Assembly: GCA_951406725.2 (NCBI GenBank)
Contig: OX597817.1
Location: 93,930,001-93,994,000, forward strand
DNA: 64,000 nucleotides
Direction of reading: 5' to 3'
Source of the DNA: Octopus vulgaris
Lineage: Eukaryota
Positions 28,114-41,750 of this stretch are shown one piece after another. The notes beneath the pieces were generated by a model, which made no database searches, had not been told where the DNA came from, and worked only from the letters and a program-made list of their open reading frames with translations. A program made the position numbers and the translations under genes. Position 1 is the stretch's first letter, and every line of letters starts with the position of its first letter.

Positions 28114-28257
28114 CGAGTGGCTTACTTCCCAACCACATAGTTCTGCATTTAGTCCCACTGCGTGGAACCTTGGGCAAGTGTCTTCTACTATAGTCTCGGG
28201 CTTACCAAACCCTTGAGAGTGAATTTGGTAGATGGAAACTGAAAGAAGCCCGTCGTA
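28114..28257 (+). mobile_element. tRNA-derived SINE (5' part)
   Basis: AGTCCCACTGCGTGGAACCTTGGGCAAGTGTCTTCTACTATAG..GGAAACTGAAAGAAGCCCGTCG, same family as 34520-34890. Confidence 0.8.
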
Positions 28258-28843
28258 TATATACACACACACATACATATATATATTTCCCACCCTTTCC
28301 CTATTCTTCTCCTCTCCCCTTTACCGTTCCCTCTCTCTCACTCTTCCTTCTTGACTCTCTCGTCCCTCACACGTGACCAACGGTTATCTATCTATCTGCC
28401 ACTTCCTTCCTAAATGCTTTTGTCTGTCTCTTCTCAAAGCTTGTTTTTCCAGCGTTCACCACTTCATCTCGTGATAGCTTAACAACACTGACCATTTGTT
28501 TTTACTGTTTTGTTCTCACTTTGCTTTGCGCGAAGGACTGTTTTAATGAAGTCGCGTCTTCTCTCTACCTTCGAAACACGGAGTATATAAAACAGGGGTC
28601 AGCTGATGAAGGGAATGTTCTTTATGTTGTCTATCTCGTTTCTCTATTTGTTTCTTTCGTTGTTCGAAAAAAAAATTCGTTTTCTATGTTTTAGTTTTTT
28701 ATGTGACCCTTTCTCATTTTGTTCACGTTTTTTGACGTCCTGTACTCAAATATACATATATATGTAGGTATGTACATATATGTATGTATATATGCATATA
28801 TTTATATATTAATTATATTATTTTATATATATATATGTATATA

Positions 28844-30093
28844 CCAGGTCATCCCATAAGTAATGTCCGGTCTTCTATATCTTTAATTTCTAAACTTTTT
28901 AATAATATTTTAGAATGTCTAATAGCATCAAGTAAGATTTATATGTATTTGGACATATTCAAACTCACTAGATTTCATTTTAAAGGATAATCTAATTGAG
29001 GTTTCACGAATTATAGCTCTTCAAACATGGAAGTGTCTAAGGAGCATTTGAGGTACATAATGCTTTATGAGTTTAAAAAAGGGAACTCTGCAGCTGAAGT
29101 GACTCGAAATATTGACTCAGCTTATGGAGAAGAATGCCTGGATGAAAGAACTTGCAGAAGATGGTTTGTAAAATTCAGAAGTGATTTCAGCCTTGAAGAT
29201 AAGGCCGGAACAGGACGTCCAATTGAGTTTGATGATAAGCTCTTTTTGATAGAACTTGAAAAAGATCATGGAGTTTCAGTTGGAGAATTGGCAAGCAAGC
29301 TTCGTTCAAGTCATACAACTATTCATCACCATGTTCAACAGCTTGGAAAGGTCCCAAAACTCGAAAAATAAGCTCCTCGTGATTTGTCTGAAATCAACTG
29401 CAGATCCCAGGTGGACATCTGCTCTTATCTTCGTTCTCGTGAACTCATCTCGACCTCTTAAGACAGACTGGTAACCGGTGATAAAAAACGGGTCACTTAC
29501 CAAAATGTTAAGCGTTGTAGACATTTTACCACAACCGTAAAGGAAACTCCATGCGAAGAAGGTTCTTCTCTCTGTTTGGTGGGATTGCAATGGAGTCATC
29601 CATTTTGAGTTGCTACTAACTAACGCAACAATCAATGTTCAAGTCTACTATCAGCAATTATAGCATTTGAACGCTGCTTTGAAGGAAAAAAGGGCCTTCT
29701 CTAGTGATTCAAAAGGGACTGGTGCTCCATCAGAACAATGCAAGACCCCACACTGCTAAGATCACATTACAGAAAATCGAGGAACTTGACTGGGAGAAAA
29801 TTGCTCGTCTGCCTTATTCCCCAGACCTTGCTCCTTCAGATGACCCGTAGTTTACAGAATCATTTGGATGGATTAACTCTCGAAACAACTGAGGAATTTA
29901 AAACTGACCTTTCAGAGTTCTTCTCTTCGAAGTTGAAAGAGTTTTTCACTAATGGAATTAGAATGGTTATGAGTAGATGGAAAGATGTCATAGTTAATCA
30001 TGGAAACTATATTGACAATTAAATTTCATTAAAATGTAAGATTTGATCACTTGTTTCCCTCACTTAAAATCCGGACATTATTTATGGGATGAC

Positions 30094-30097
<4 letters not shown>
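28844..30097 (+). mobile_element. Mariner (DD34D) element, full length, inactivated; related to the 12347 copy
   Basis: TIRs AGGTCATCCCATAAGTAATGTCCGG / CCGGACATTATTTATGGGATGACCT with TA flanks. ORF 29027 MEVSKEHLRYIMLYEFKKG.., VTGDKK, YSPDLAPSD. Confidence 0.92.
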
Positions 30098-30181
<84 letters not shown>

Positions 30182-30212
30182 TGTGTATGTGTTTGTGTGT
30201 GTTATGCATGTA

Positions 30213-30520
30213 CAGGGTGGGGCAGAGAGGACGGACGTTTTTGAAAAATACACAAAATCATTAATTGACATCAATGTGTTTGTTTTGTCAAAAACAAATA
30301 TGGAAAAGAACATCCATCATGTGGCGTCCGTTTTCACTGATGCATTTCTGAAGGCATTCTTGGAAGTTGGCCTCAACTCTCTCCAACATTGCTCTGTCGA
30401 CTTAGGTGACTTCCACGCGAATAGCTTCCTTCAAATCGTCTGAGCAGAGCGATTCGGACTCGTATCAAAGTTTGTCGCGTTCCACGTTTTCCGGGGTCCG
30501 TACCGTACGTGCCCCCCCCC
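30213..30520 (-). mobile_element. rosa/DD41D-like Tc1/mariner 3' fragment
   Basis: TA-CAGGGTG terminus. Minus peptide DLKEAIRVEV..AMLERVEANFQECLQKCISENGRHM. Confidence 0.6.
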
Positions 30521-30539
30521 CAGTCTCCTATTCATTAAT

Positions 30540-31860
30540 GTACCTCGTGTACGAAGTGCATTCACCTGATGTAAGACTGTGTTACGGATAGAAACAGCTT
30601 GGTTTCGGTGAACGTTGAAGTGGCGCCGAAACTTGCTGAACTACTGTGACAAACTCGTTATTCTTCATGTAACTGGCGTAGGCAAACATGCGATGCTCTA
30701 TTGTACACAGCTAGTAGGGAGTCATAGTAGTAAAGGGGGAAGGTGGGAGGAAGAGGAAAGGGTGGTTTAGGTAGTATGTGAATGGTAACCTTTGTGTTAG
30801 TTTGTATGAAAACTATAGAATTAAAGGCTGAGATAATGAAAATGGGAATGGCCATTCTTTGAAGGAAATAAGTTGACTGGCTCAGTAGCTGAGGGAGATT
30901 AGTATGGTATGTAGAGAGGTATGGGTGAAGATAAACGGAGATAGAGTGGGGGTCAAAATAGTAGTTATTAGTGGGGTAAATGAACTGGGTTGGTATTGGA
31001 GGGGTGTTATGGTATGGAGAGGTATATGAAATTGAATACAGGGATTTGAATAGAGAGGGGGTAGAGATAGATTGGTTAGTTTTCAAAAGAGTGGGGTAGT
31101 GTTAAGTACTTTTGAAGGTAGGGAGGGTGGGGAGGCTGAGTGGGAAGTTGGAAGTAGTGGATTAGAAGAATTTGGAAATGTGTATACGAGAATGAATAAG
31201 AGGCGGGGAGTATTTTTTAAGTGATAGGTTGCTAGCCTGGCTTTGTGTTAATTTAAGGTTATTTTGGGTGCGTGAAAGATGAAAAGTACCTTCGTTTACA
31301 GGAATAAGTTACATCAGAGAATCTGTTTAGGAGTTGTGAAGGCGAATAATGGTTAATGATTCTTTTAGACATAACTTGGCATATCCCATGTGAGAGCTGA
31401 GAATATTTTGCTCAATGAACTTGGATGACGAAGGTTTCTGCTCGGTGGTGCCACGTCTTCTGACACGTGACCGAAAGCGCACCAGGCTGACCATGTTACA
31501 GGAAAATGTGATATTAATAACCCCTAACCTTGAAATTTATTTTCTCCTCTCACTATTCTCTATCTAAATACCTCCAAATTCCTCCTAATACACTCAGTTC
31601 TCCACAAAATCATTCCATCTTTAATCTCCTTTCTGTCAGCCCCTCAAATGTAGAACTTCTTCCCTGAAGACGGAGGTTGGTATTATCTGGTGCTAGAATC
31701 AATTTAGAATCATTATTTTGGATCACTAACTCTCAAGAAACAGCTGTTGGACTCGTAAAACTCTTATTCAACCCCTTTAATTCCTGATATCATTTCTATT
31801 CTGTGTTAGTCGGACCTCTCTATATGTAAACATATCTATATTTTTTGTATATCGATTTGC
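30540..31860. mobile_element. Penelope-derived non-autonomous region with hammerhead-like motifs
   Basis: CTGAAGA..GAAACAGCTGT at 31664-31750 and a degenerate copy near 30566-30600, flanking a strand-biased low-complexity segment. Confidence 0.35.
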
Positions 31861-31917
31861 CTAACTTACTTATCCTTACGTTTACTCCTATATATATATA
31901 TATATATACAATATATG

Positions 31918-33278
<1,361 letters not shown>

Positions 33279-33290
33279 AATACATACATA

Positions 33291-34890
33291 GGAGTGGCTG
33301 TGTGGTAAGTAGCTTGCTTACCCGCGCATGCACATTGGTGTTTTGCTTCAACACTTGAACAAGGGGGACATGAGCTAGTACGCTCCGTCCTAAAACTGAA
33401 AATTAAGAAGTCGGTCAAGGTAGGTGATTTCGTTTGTTTTGAGTTGGGCGTGATTTATTGTTTTGAAATTTTTTTCAATAAATTTCGCCAAGATCTGGGA
33501 CAATTTCACCTGCTCTCGGCGGCTATTGTGATTTTTGTATGTTGAAAAAATGTTGGGGGCGTATCCCCGCACAAAAATTGAAGTTGGTTCCAGTCATTAA
33601 AAATTTTTGTGGCCCATTGTGGCGAAGATTCGTCTTCTGTGGATTTAAAATTCCAGCTCGGAGTACCAGCCGAAGAAGAGCGCCAGGAGTACCTGTGGCC
33701 GGAATTGTGTAGTTGCCATTTGGAACCATATTTGTATTTCTTCGAGAGGTGAGGAAGAGACTCTGGACAAAGCAGAAGAGCCCCACTCTCCTGAAATCAG
33801 GAAGAAAAGAAAGAAGAAGAACGGGTCATTGCAGGTGGGAGATGATGTGCCGTCTGCATGTCCCGAAGTTGTGTCACCCACGGGGGAAGAAACGACCCCA
33901 CCCTTAAAGATGATGAATTAATTATCTTTTTCTACAAGGGCGGGGAGGTGGAAAAATAGTAGAACATAAAGAGACAGTAGATATGCCCTTCACACGGGAT
34001 GTGGAGGTCATAAGGTTTCCCTCGTGGGAAAGGCTTAAATGATTTGGGGAGGAGTGTCGCATATGGCCGGGTGGCCCTTACACGATTTACATGTCTTACA
34101 TGAGTGAGGCATGGAAAATGGTGGGATACTGGAACTCAAGCGTTATTGAAGATAATGACGGATATATTGATGGATATATCGATGAGCAGGAGGTGAAAAA
34201 GCCTCGTTAGAGGGTTTGAAGCCTCATCTTAATGTATTATTTGTAGTGGTTTATAACCTAAATTGTTTGTTTTGAAAAAACCATGTTCAGTAAGAGGTTT
34301 TAGTGCCTCATTCTTGTAAGAGGTTTGAAACCTCATATTGATCTTTAAAAAAAGAAAACTGTTTTCGAGAAAAATCCAATCGGTGGGTGTTGGGTTTCGT
34401 CTCTCATTTATTCATTTTATTTCATTTCATTTTCATTCATTAATGTGTTTGTCCAACCCGCAAAGCTACCCAATCTTTGTACTGTCTATATGACAAATTT
34501 AATGAAATAAAGTAATTTTCTTACCAAACACATGGTTCCGGGTTCAGTCCCACTGCATGGCACTTTGGGCAAGTGTCTCCTACTATAGCCTCGGGCCGAC
34601 CAAAGCCTTGTGAGTGGATTTGGTTGACGGAAACTGAAAGAAGCCCATCGTATATATATACATGCATATATATATATGTGTGTGTGTTTGTGTGTCTGTG
34701 TTTGTCCCCCCAACATCACTTGACAACTGATGCTGGTGTGTTTACGTACCCGTAAATTAGCGGTTCGGCAAAAAAGACCGATAGAATAAGTACTAGGCTT
34801 ACAAAGAATAAGTCCTGGGGTAGATTTGCTCGACTAAAGGCGGTGCTCCAGCATGGCTGCAGTCAAATGACTGAAACAAGTAAAGAGTGT
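33291..34890 (+). mobile_element. tRNA-derived SINE split by a 1.2-kb insertion
   Basis: Head GGAGTGGCTGTGTGGTAAGTAGCTTGCTTACC (33291-33322) resumes as CTTACCAAACACATGGTTCCGGGTTCAGTCCC at 34520. Confidence 0.8.
33323..34519 (+). mobile_element. Unclassified insertion with 6-bp TSD (CTTACC), decayed ORF and terminal AATAAA
   Basis: CTTACC at 33317-33322 and 34520-34525 inside the SINE. No TIRs and no TG..CA ends. Confidence 0.6.
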
Positions 34891-35028
34891 ATATATATAT
34901 ATATACACACACATATATATATATATGTATATATGTATATATTATGATATATGTACACACACACTAACACATACATGCAAACACACACACAGACATGCAC
35001 ACACACACAGACATGCACACACACACAT

Positions 35029-36175
35029 GCGGGTCGGCTGAAAAGTTCACAGGCTAACCAAGATACTCCATGGACTATGACCAAATGAGGTCCACACCCT
35101 TCTTCCATCGATGTTGCAAAGCTTGTATCCCATTGGTGAATGAGCTTTCATCCAATTGCTCAAAGAAGTCATAACAGCAGGTATCTAGTCATCATCACTG
35201 CGATACTGGTGAAGTGCTTTTTTTCGTGTTGGAGAACAGATAATAGTCAGATGGGGCCAAATCAGAGGAATAAGGAGGGTAATCAACCATTTTAAAGCCA
35301 CAGTCACGCACAGAAGCCATTAAAACCAATGACTTGTGTTCCGGAGCATTGTTCTTACGTCAGTTTTCCAAAGAATTTGGTCTTGATAGCCTTTCATAAC
35401 TGCCTCAGCAACTTGGCGTAGTACTCTCCAATAAACACAATGCCTTTTGCATCACCCAAAACTGAGGCCATCCCCTTCCTTGCAGATGAAACGACCTTGG
35501 CCTGAATTGGAGCAGATAAGGAGGGGTAGATCCACTGCATGGACTGTCTCTTTGTCTCTGGTCCAAAGTGATGAACCCGACATTCATCCTGGCTTAGGAA
35601 ACTTTTAAGGAAACCAGCTGGATCTGTTGGAAGCAATGTCACAGTTTCCTGTAATGCGGTCAGCCTGGTGCGCCTTCGGTCACGTGTCAGAAGACGTGGA
35701 ACCACCGAGCAGTAACCTTCATCATCCAAGTTCATTGAGCAAAATATTATCAGCTCTCACATGAGATATGCCAATAGCATTGGCTGTTTGATTACTATGT
35801 GGTGGGTACGATCAATGTCTTCCTCGGTGTTGGCAGTTGCAGGACGTCTAGACCTCCAAGACTATCCGTTCCCATTCAAAATACATCTGCCCACGTTTGC
35901 ACTGTTGATAAAGCTGGAGCAACCAGGTCAACATGAATGCTTTGGGGGCTAAACCCTTTTTCTGCAGTTACTTGATAAAACCACGATGCCCAATTCTGCC
36001 GATGTTCAAGGAGAAGTTGTTACTAGTTACTTCTGAAGTATCCTTTGAACAGTTAGATATTAGTTTTGGAAAGAAACAAAGTAATTATTCATAAGAAGAA
36101 ATGAAATTAATGCATGCAAAATTTCACAGCCCTAGCATCACTTCGAAGTTAGTCTATGAACTTTTCAGCCTACTC

Positions 36176-36178
<3 letters not shown>
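35029..36178 (-). mobile_element. Mariner element (irritans-like), degenerate
   Basis: TIRs GGCTGAAAAGTTCACAGGCT / AGTCTATGAACTTTTCAGCC. Peptide SQDECRVHHFGPETKRQSMQW..KGMASV..DAKGIVFI. Confidence 0.85.
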
Positions 36179-36233
<55 letters not shown>

Positions 36234-36689
36234 TTTGATTTCAGTTATTTGTTATTTCACTGCGAATATCTTTTAATAAAAACATATTGTTTTATTTTCC
36301 ATTAGAATACAAATATAGAAGCAAAATAACATTTAGTTAACTAAGACTTATATATTACTTTCTATATTGTCAAACTATGTCATTGGTAAAGCATTTCATT
36401 GTTCTGAAAACGATGTAAGATTATAGCAATCCTATTCAATTTTGTAGGCATACACAGTTCAAATGCTGTCTGATCAAAGTGGTTAGCTGTATCAGCGGCA
36501 AAACACTGGGCCAGCTGTCTTAGAATTCATGGACCGCGCAATCAACGGAGGTTTTCATGTATGCGAAGAGGATGTGAGTGAAGTCTGTGGTGAGGAGGTG
36601 GGAGGAATAGAAAGATCGGTGAGGTTTCCACTGATCTCGGTTATTGTCCGATTTATATTAATGTTAAAGGGACCTCCGAATCAGATAAT

Positions 36690-36945
36690 GCAATCTTTTA
36701 TTTCTTCCGGTCATTGCACTACTGCCATACTGGGGTATCGCCTTGAAGGGCTTTGGTCGAACTAAACGACCCCAATACTTATGAATCGCTAATTTAAGGG
36801 TAAGTAAACAAACTAATATCGATTGCCAAGAGGTGGCCGTGACAGTAACAAGCACAGTCACAAAGTCACACACATATGCATACGTGGGGCTTCCACACAG
36901 TTTCCCTCCACCAAAATCACTCACAGAGCATCGTTGGCTAGGAGA
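36690..36945 (-). mobile_element. Degenerate SINE
   Basis: Reverse complement resembles the SINE at 34520-34890 (GTGAGTGATTTTGGTGG..GAAACTGTGTGGAAGCCC; AAGGCG..CCAGTATGGC). Confidence 0.55.
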
Positions 36946-36954
36946 TCTGGGAAC

Positions 36955-37500
36955 TGTTCCTAATGCCATTCAGTAACAACTCTAGCTGTGTGAATTGGTG
37001 CATTATCATCCTGAATAATTGCGTTTCCCTCCGGAAACAGTTCCGCAACCTTAGGATAAATTTGATCAGATGAAAGCTTTAAATAGTATTGACTATTAAT
37101 TCTGCCATTAAGAGTAACCATTGGGCCGGCGGATATCCAAGACATAGCACCCCACCCTCAAATCATCACAGATCCTCCTCTATGTTTAACATTTGGAAGA
37201 AGGCAGTCTGGGCCAAATGCTTCTTTTGGTTGTCTCCACACGTATACTCGGCCGGTGGTCGGAAATAAGGTAAAGGATGACTAGCCCGAGAAATAACCAA
37301 TTCTGTAAGTTTTTTCTCTAAACACTTTGCGACGTTTGTTTTTAAAAGTAGTGGTTTTATGATTGCAGCCCTCCCGTGAAATCCATCCGGCTTTGTGCAG
37401 CTCCCGGCGAACAGTTTTTCTGGAAACTGGGTTCTCGAGGTGGTCATTAAGCTCTGCAGTAATTTTGGGAGCTGTACTTTTGTGATCCTTTCTAACAATT
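36955..37500 (-). mobile_element. Tc1-like transposase fragment
   Basis: VSRKTVRRELHKAG and IIQDDNAPIHTARVVTEW motifs. Confidence 0.7.
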
Positions 37501-37524
37501 CGCGTATATATACATACGCACATA

Positions 37525-37555
<31 letters not shown>

Positions 37556-37645
37556 CATACATGCACACATACATATATGCATACATACATACATACATAC
37601 ATACATACATACATACATACATACATACATACATACATACATACA

Positions 37646-37676
<31 letters not shown>

Positions 37677-38171
37677 GCCCACACATGTATGTATTTACTA
37701 CCGAAACTTGAGTGAAAGCCAATATATTTATATACATAGAGGAAATCTAGCATAAATGTTCCACAGCCGTTTTCTGGACACAAATTTCATTTTTCTTTAT
37801 AAAACAACATTAACACCATCATTATCATCCTCCACAACAACAGCAACAACAATTTTTGTGCTTGCATTACAATACTAGTGTTTCATATAAAAAGCAGATC
37901 CCAACATTTTCCCATTTCTTCATCGCTTTGTGTGACCCATTAGGTCGTTTCTGTTCTTGTGGTTATTGTTGATGTTTTCTTTTGATTTGTTTTGTTGATC
38001 TTGTTTGTTTCTTTTTATTCCCTTTCGGTGTTTCGTTTCTCGTTATTTGGTCGGCTATTTTTATTTTATTCATTCATTTATTTTATTGTTTTTGTACCCC
38101 TTCGAAAGGGCGTTGTCGGTTTTAGCAGTGAAGCATGATGCTGTTCTAGGAAGTTTATGAAGAGAGGGAGA

Positions 38172-38221
<50 letters not shown>

Positions 38222-38747
38222 AGGGGGTTATATGTCGTAATCAACCAACATTTATATAATATCTGTTTATGGAAACATTCAATTACACACACATTTAGAG
38301 ACGTACACACAAAGCTTTTACATCCATACACGCACATAAACAGAGACCTACATACAAAACTTGTCTACGTACACAAGCACTCACATTCATTCTTTTCCGT
38401 ATTAGTTTCTATGCACGGACATTCTCCTCTTCAGATGCCGACTGGAAATCTCAAGGAATTTGGTACATTCCAAAAGTATTTTACTCTTCAGCGCTACCAA
38501 GTAGCCCTGGTGCTACTGAAGCATTTTCTAGTCCTTTTAGGTCACATAGTTTCGCACGTTTCCTCTCTATTTCTCGTCCATGTAGTCTTTATCCCTCGCA
38601 AACTAGGGGCAGTTGCAACCACTCCAACTATACAATAGGTATTTCATTTTACTATTTGTTCAGGAATTGTCCTTTACTCTACCATCATTGTCGTCGTCGT
38701 CGTCGTCCGTCATCATCATCATCATCATCATCATTTGCGGATAGGCT

Positions 38748-38971
38748 TTAAGTGCTTCGTTACCATATTCGTTTTGAAATACATAACCTTTGTCTCAATT
38801 AATTTTTTAAATGCTGAAGAAATTAGTAAAATAACAATCATTATTAGAATGGTTTTTGAAATTCCAATACGAAATTTTAATGAAAGGTTCTAATTTGGAT
38901 CACTTTAAATCAGGACGCTGGTATAGTAGAATGAGGGGTGATCTGAGGCGAGTGGGTATCAAAAGGGGTAA
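38748..38971. mobile_element. Possible TTAA-type MITE
   Basis: Degenerate TTAA..TTCGTTACC start and GGTATCAAAAGGGGTAA end. Confidence 0.35.
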
Positions 38972-39693
38972 GTTACCTCATTTAACCCACATCACCCCTA
39001 GTCTTTCTTTGCTTTTATATATGTATATATGTGTGTATGCATAAATATATGTGTATATGTATGCATATACATACTTACATACATATATATATGTATGTGT
39101 ATACACGCATGCATTTGCACACACTCTCACGCATACACACACAGACATGAAATAGAAGTGTACAGTGTTATATATCCATCACGGTTGATCTTAGCAATCG
39201 GTTTCGCGCTAGGGGCAACAATCCGATTATATAACCATATATATATATATAACGTATGTTCTGGTATATTAGATGTACCCTTTTTACCCCATATTTCCCC
39301 ACAAAAGTCACCATGCTCCTTATATGCTGAAGAATCAGATTTTGGGTATATTTTGTTAGTGTTATTAACGATGGACCATAGAGGTGACGGTGGAGATCAG
39401 TGTTGATATTTGTTAGTGTTAAGGTAGTTATTGTAACTTAGTTTAACATAATAGCTTACCAAAGGCGCCAGTTTAAATTTTCATGGTTCCTATACATGAA
39501 AATGTGTGAGATATTCAGTTTGAGACTTGCGGGGTTAGCTTTCTATTTTCTCGCAAATTAGGTCTGCCAAAATTGGGGTACGCCTTATTTGCCCGAAAAT
39601 ACGGAATATGTACATATATGTGTATATATACACGTATGTGTGTGTGTCTATGCATATATACACACACATATAGATATATGTACATACACATAC

Positions 39694-39724
<31 letters not shown>

Positions 39725-40296
39725 CATACACATATATATATTTATATATGTATATCTTTATATATATAAAACTGAGAATGTGTGTCTCTGTCTGTCTGTT
39801 TGTGTGTTTCCCTAAAACTTCAGAACTACACAACCAATTTCATTCAAATTTTACATATGCCTTACTTAGGGTCCATGTAGTTTCATGGGCAAAAACAAAT
39901 GTTCAACTTCTTGCCTAGAGCGAGCCATATCAATATCATATCTTCTCCACTATTTCAGTAATACGTGTTAAAAGTGAAACAAAAATATTTCTCTATTTTA
40001 TGTCAGATGCTTTCGCTTTAACAATAAAAATAATAATAACAATTGAATTATATGTAGTAAGTAATAATTAAAATCAAGCTAAAGTATAATATAAGTAAAA
40101 ATAGCAATTGGTATAAAATTGCATCAGTGATTTGAACTTGAATAAGTGGTTTCACATGAATGGGAATTAAATTAAAAATAAAATTAGCGTGCAGAAATGG
40201 AATAGTCCAGATGGATAATAAAAATTTAAATTAAAGAAAAGACTATTTTCTATAAAGTATACAATCTAGAGAAAAAAGAAGAGCTAACAATTGCAG

Positions 40297-41750
40297 AGGA
40301 AAGAAATATGGTACGGTGGAGGTGAGATGCGCAACAAAAGGAGTTGCGGCCTCGTTAGCTTCCACGGTACTGAAAGCTGAAAACTTCACCATGTGGCCAA
40401 CATATAAAGGACGAAGAGGGGTTCGGATAAAGATCCCAAAGGTGCCCCCAGAAATAAAAACAGAAATGCTGGTAACAGCTATTCTAGGGTCAGCAAAGGA
40501 CGAAATAGAAATAGGCTCGATCAAGGAGACCAATGTTGTAAACTGGAAGGGATTCGGAGTGGAGATGTGGCTGATGGCCACAAAAGAAGACACAGAAAGG
40601 TTTCCCTTCCAAATTGAACTTGAAAATGAGAGAACAATGAGCGTAATTGTAGAGAGGAGAAAGCCGAACTGCTACTTGTGTGGGTCAAGAGGACACATAA
40701 GAAAGGAATGTCTGCTATATGAATTTACAGCAGAGAAGGAAATGGAGAAAAAAGAGACACAAAGTGGAAAGAACAAAAAAGAGAAGGAAAAAGAACACGA
40801 AGGAAAGATAAGCGAAAGCAAGGAAAAGGAAATAACGGTGAAACAACAAGAGAAAGGAAATAACAACGCACTGAAGGAAAATGAAATCAAAGGGAAGAAA
40901 TTAATAGAAAAGGAACAAAATTCACAGGGTAAAGAAGTAATAGAGAAAGAACCAAAACAGAATCAAGAGAAAGAAAAGGAAAGTACACTAAAGGAAAGAG
41001 AAAAGACAGGGAAAAAACAAGAGAAGGAACAGAAGCAAGAGAAAGGAAAATACGGTACACGAAAAGAAAAAGAAACAACAGGAAAGGAACATAAGGCACT
41101 GTGTAGAGAGACGACAGACAAAGAGCCAAAAAGACAAGAGAAGGAAAAAGAATGAAGAGAAAACAAAAAGAGAGAAAGAGAGAAACAAAGAGAGGAGAAC
41201 ACGGAAGAAATAAGCCCGAAAAGGAAGATAAAGGAAAACGCAGGACGGATACAAGATTACTATTACTACAAGTTTGTAACCTACCATTTCTGCCCTGAAA
41301 TGAGTGAATTAACAAGTAAAACGGAGGGACATATATGGGTCAACAGGATGACCGACGGTGGGAGGAGACTGCTCTAATCCCCGAGGAAGGTGCCGCTGAG
41401 TTCTTCAGAGCTGCCGGAGAGAGTGTAATATTTTACACGAAGGTTCGAGTGAGAGAGCGGCTACCTGAGGACTCAGTGATGGACTTCAGAGAAGTGGAAA
41501 CAATTATAGAATATGTATAGAATTGTGAGAGGAAAAAAAAGAGAAAAAAGAAAATTTTGTGAAATATATGTGACGAAAATGTAACCTCTTGATTCCGGGG
41601 ATCGAGTGGACATTTACATCTCATTGTAAATATTCTTTCATATGTAATTATTACTTTTATTTTTTCCTTTTCTTGTCATTCGCTTTCTTATTTTAAGTTC
41701 CCCGATTGTATTGTCCCCTCTATGTTCGCCCCTTGTGGGTAGTAATAAAA
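40297..41750 (+). mobile_element. ORF1-only (gag-like) non-LTR retroelement, unit A, 5'-truncated
   Basis: Homologous to unit B throughout. Ends TTGTATTGTCCCCTCTATGTTCGCCCCTTGTGGGTAGTAATAAAA. No ORF2. Confidence 0.8.
40298..41520 (+). pseudogene. Tx1-type ORF1: CCHC knuckle, K/E-rich linker, C-terminal domain; one nonsense and one frameshift
   Basis: CYLCGSRGHIRKEC knuckle. TGA at 41153 corresponds to AGA in unit B, and the frame continues into DYYYYKFVTYHFCP. A 1-nt loss occurs near 41355. Confidence 0.8.
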
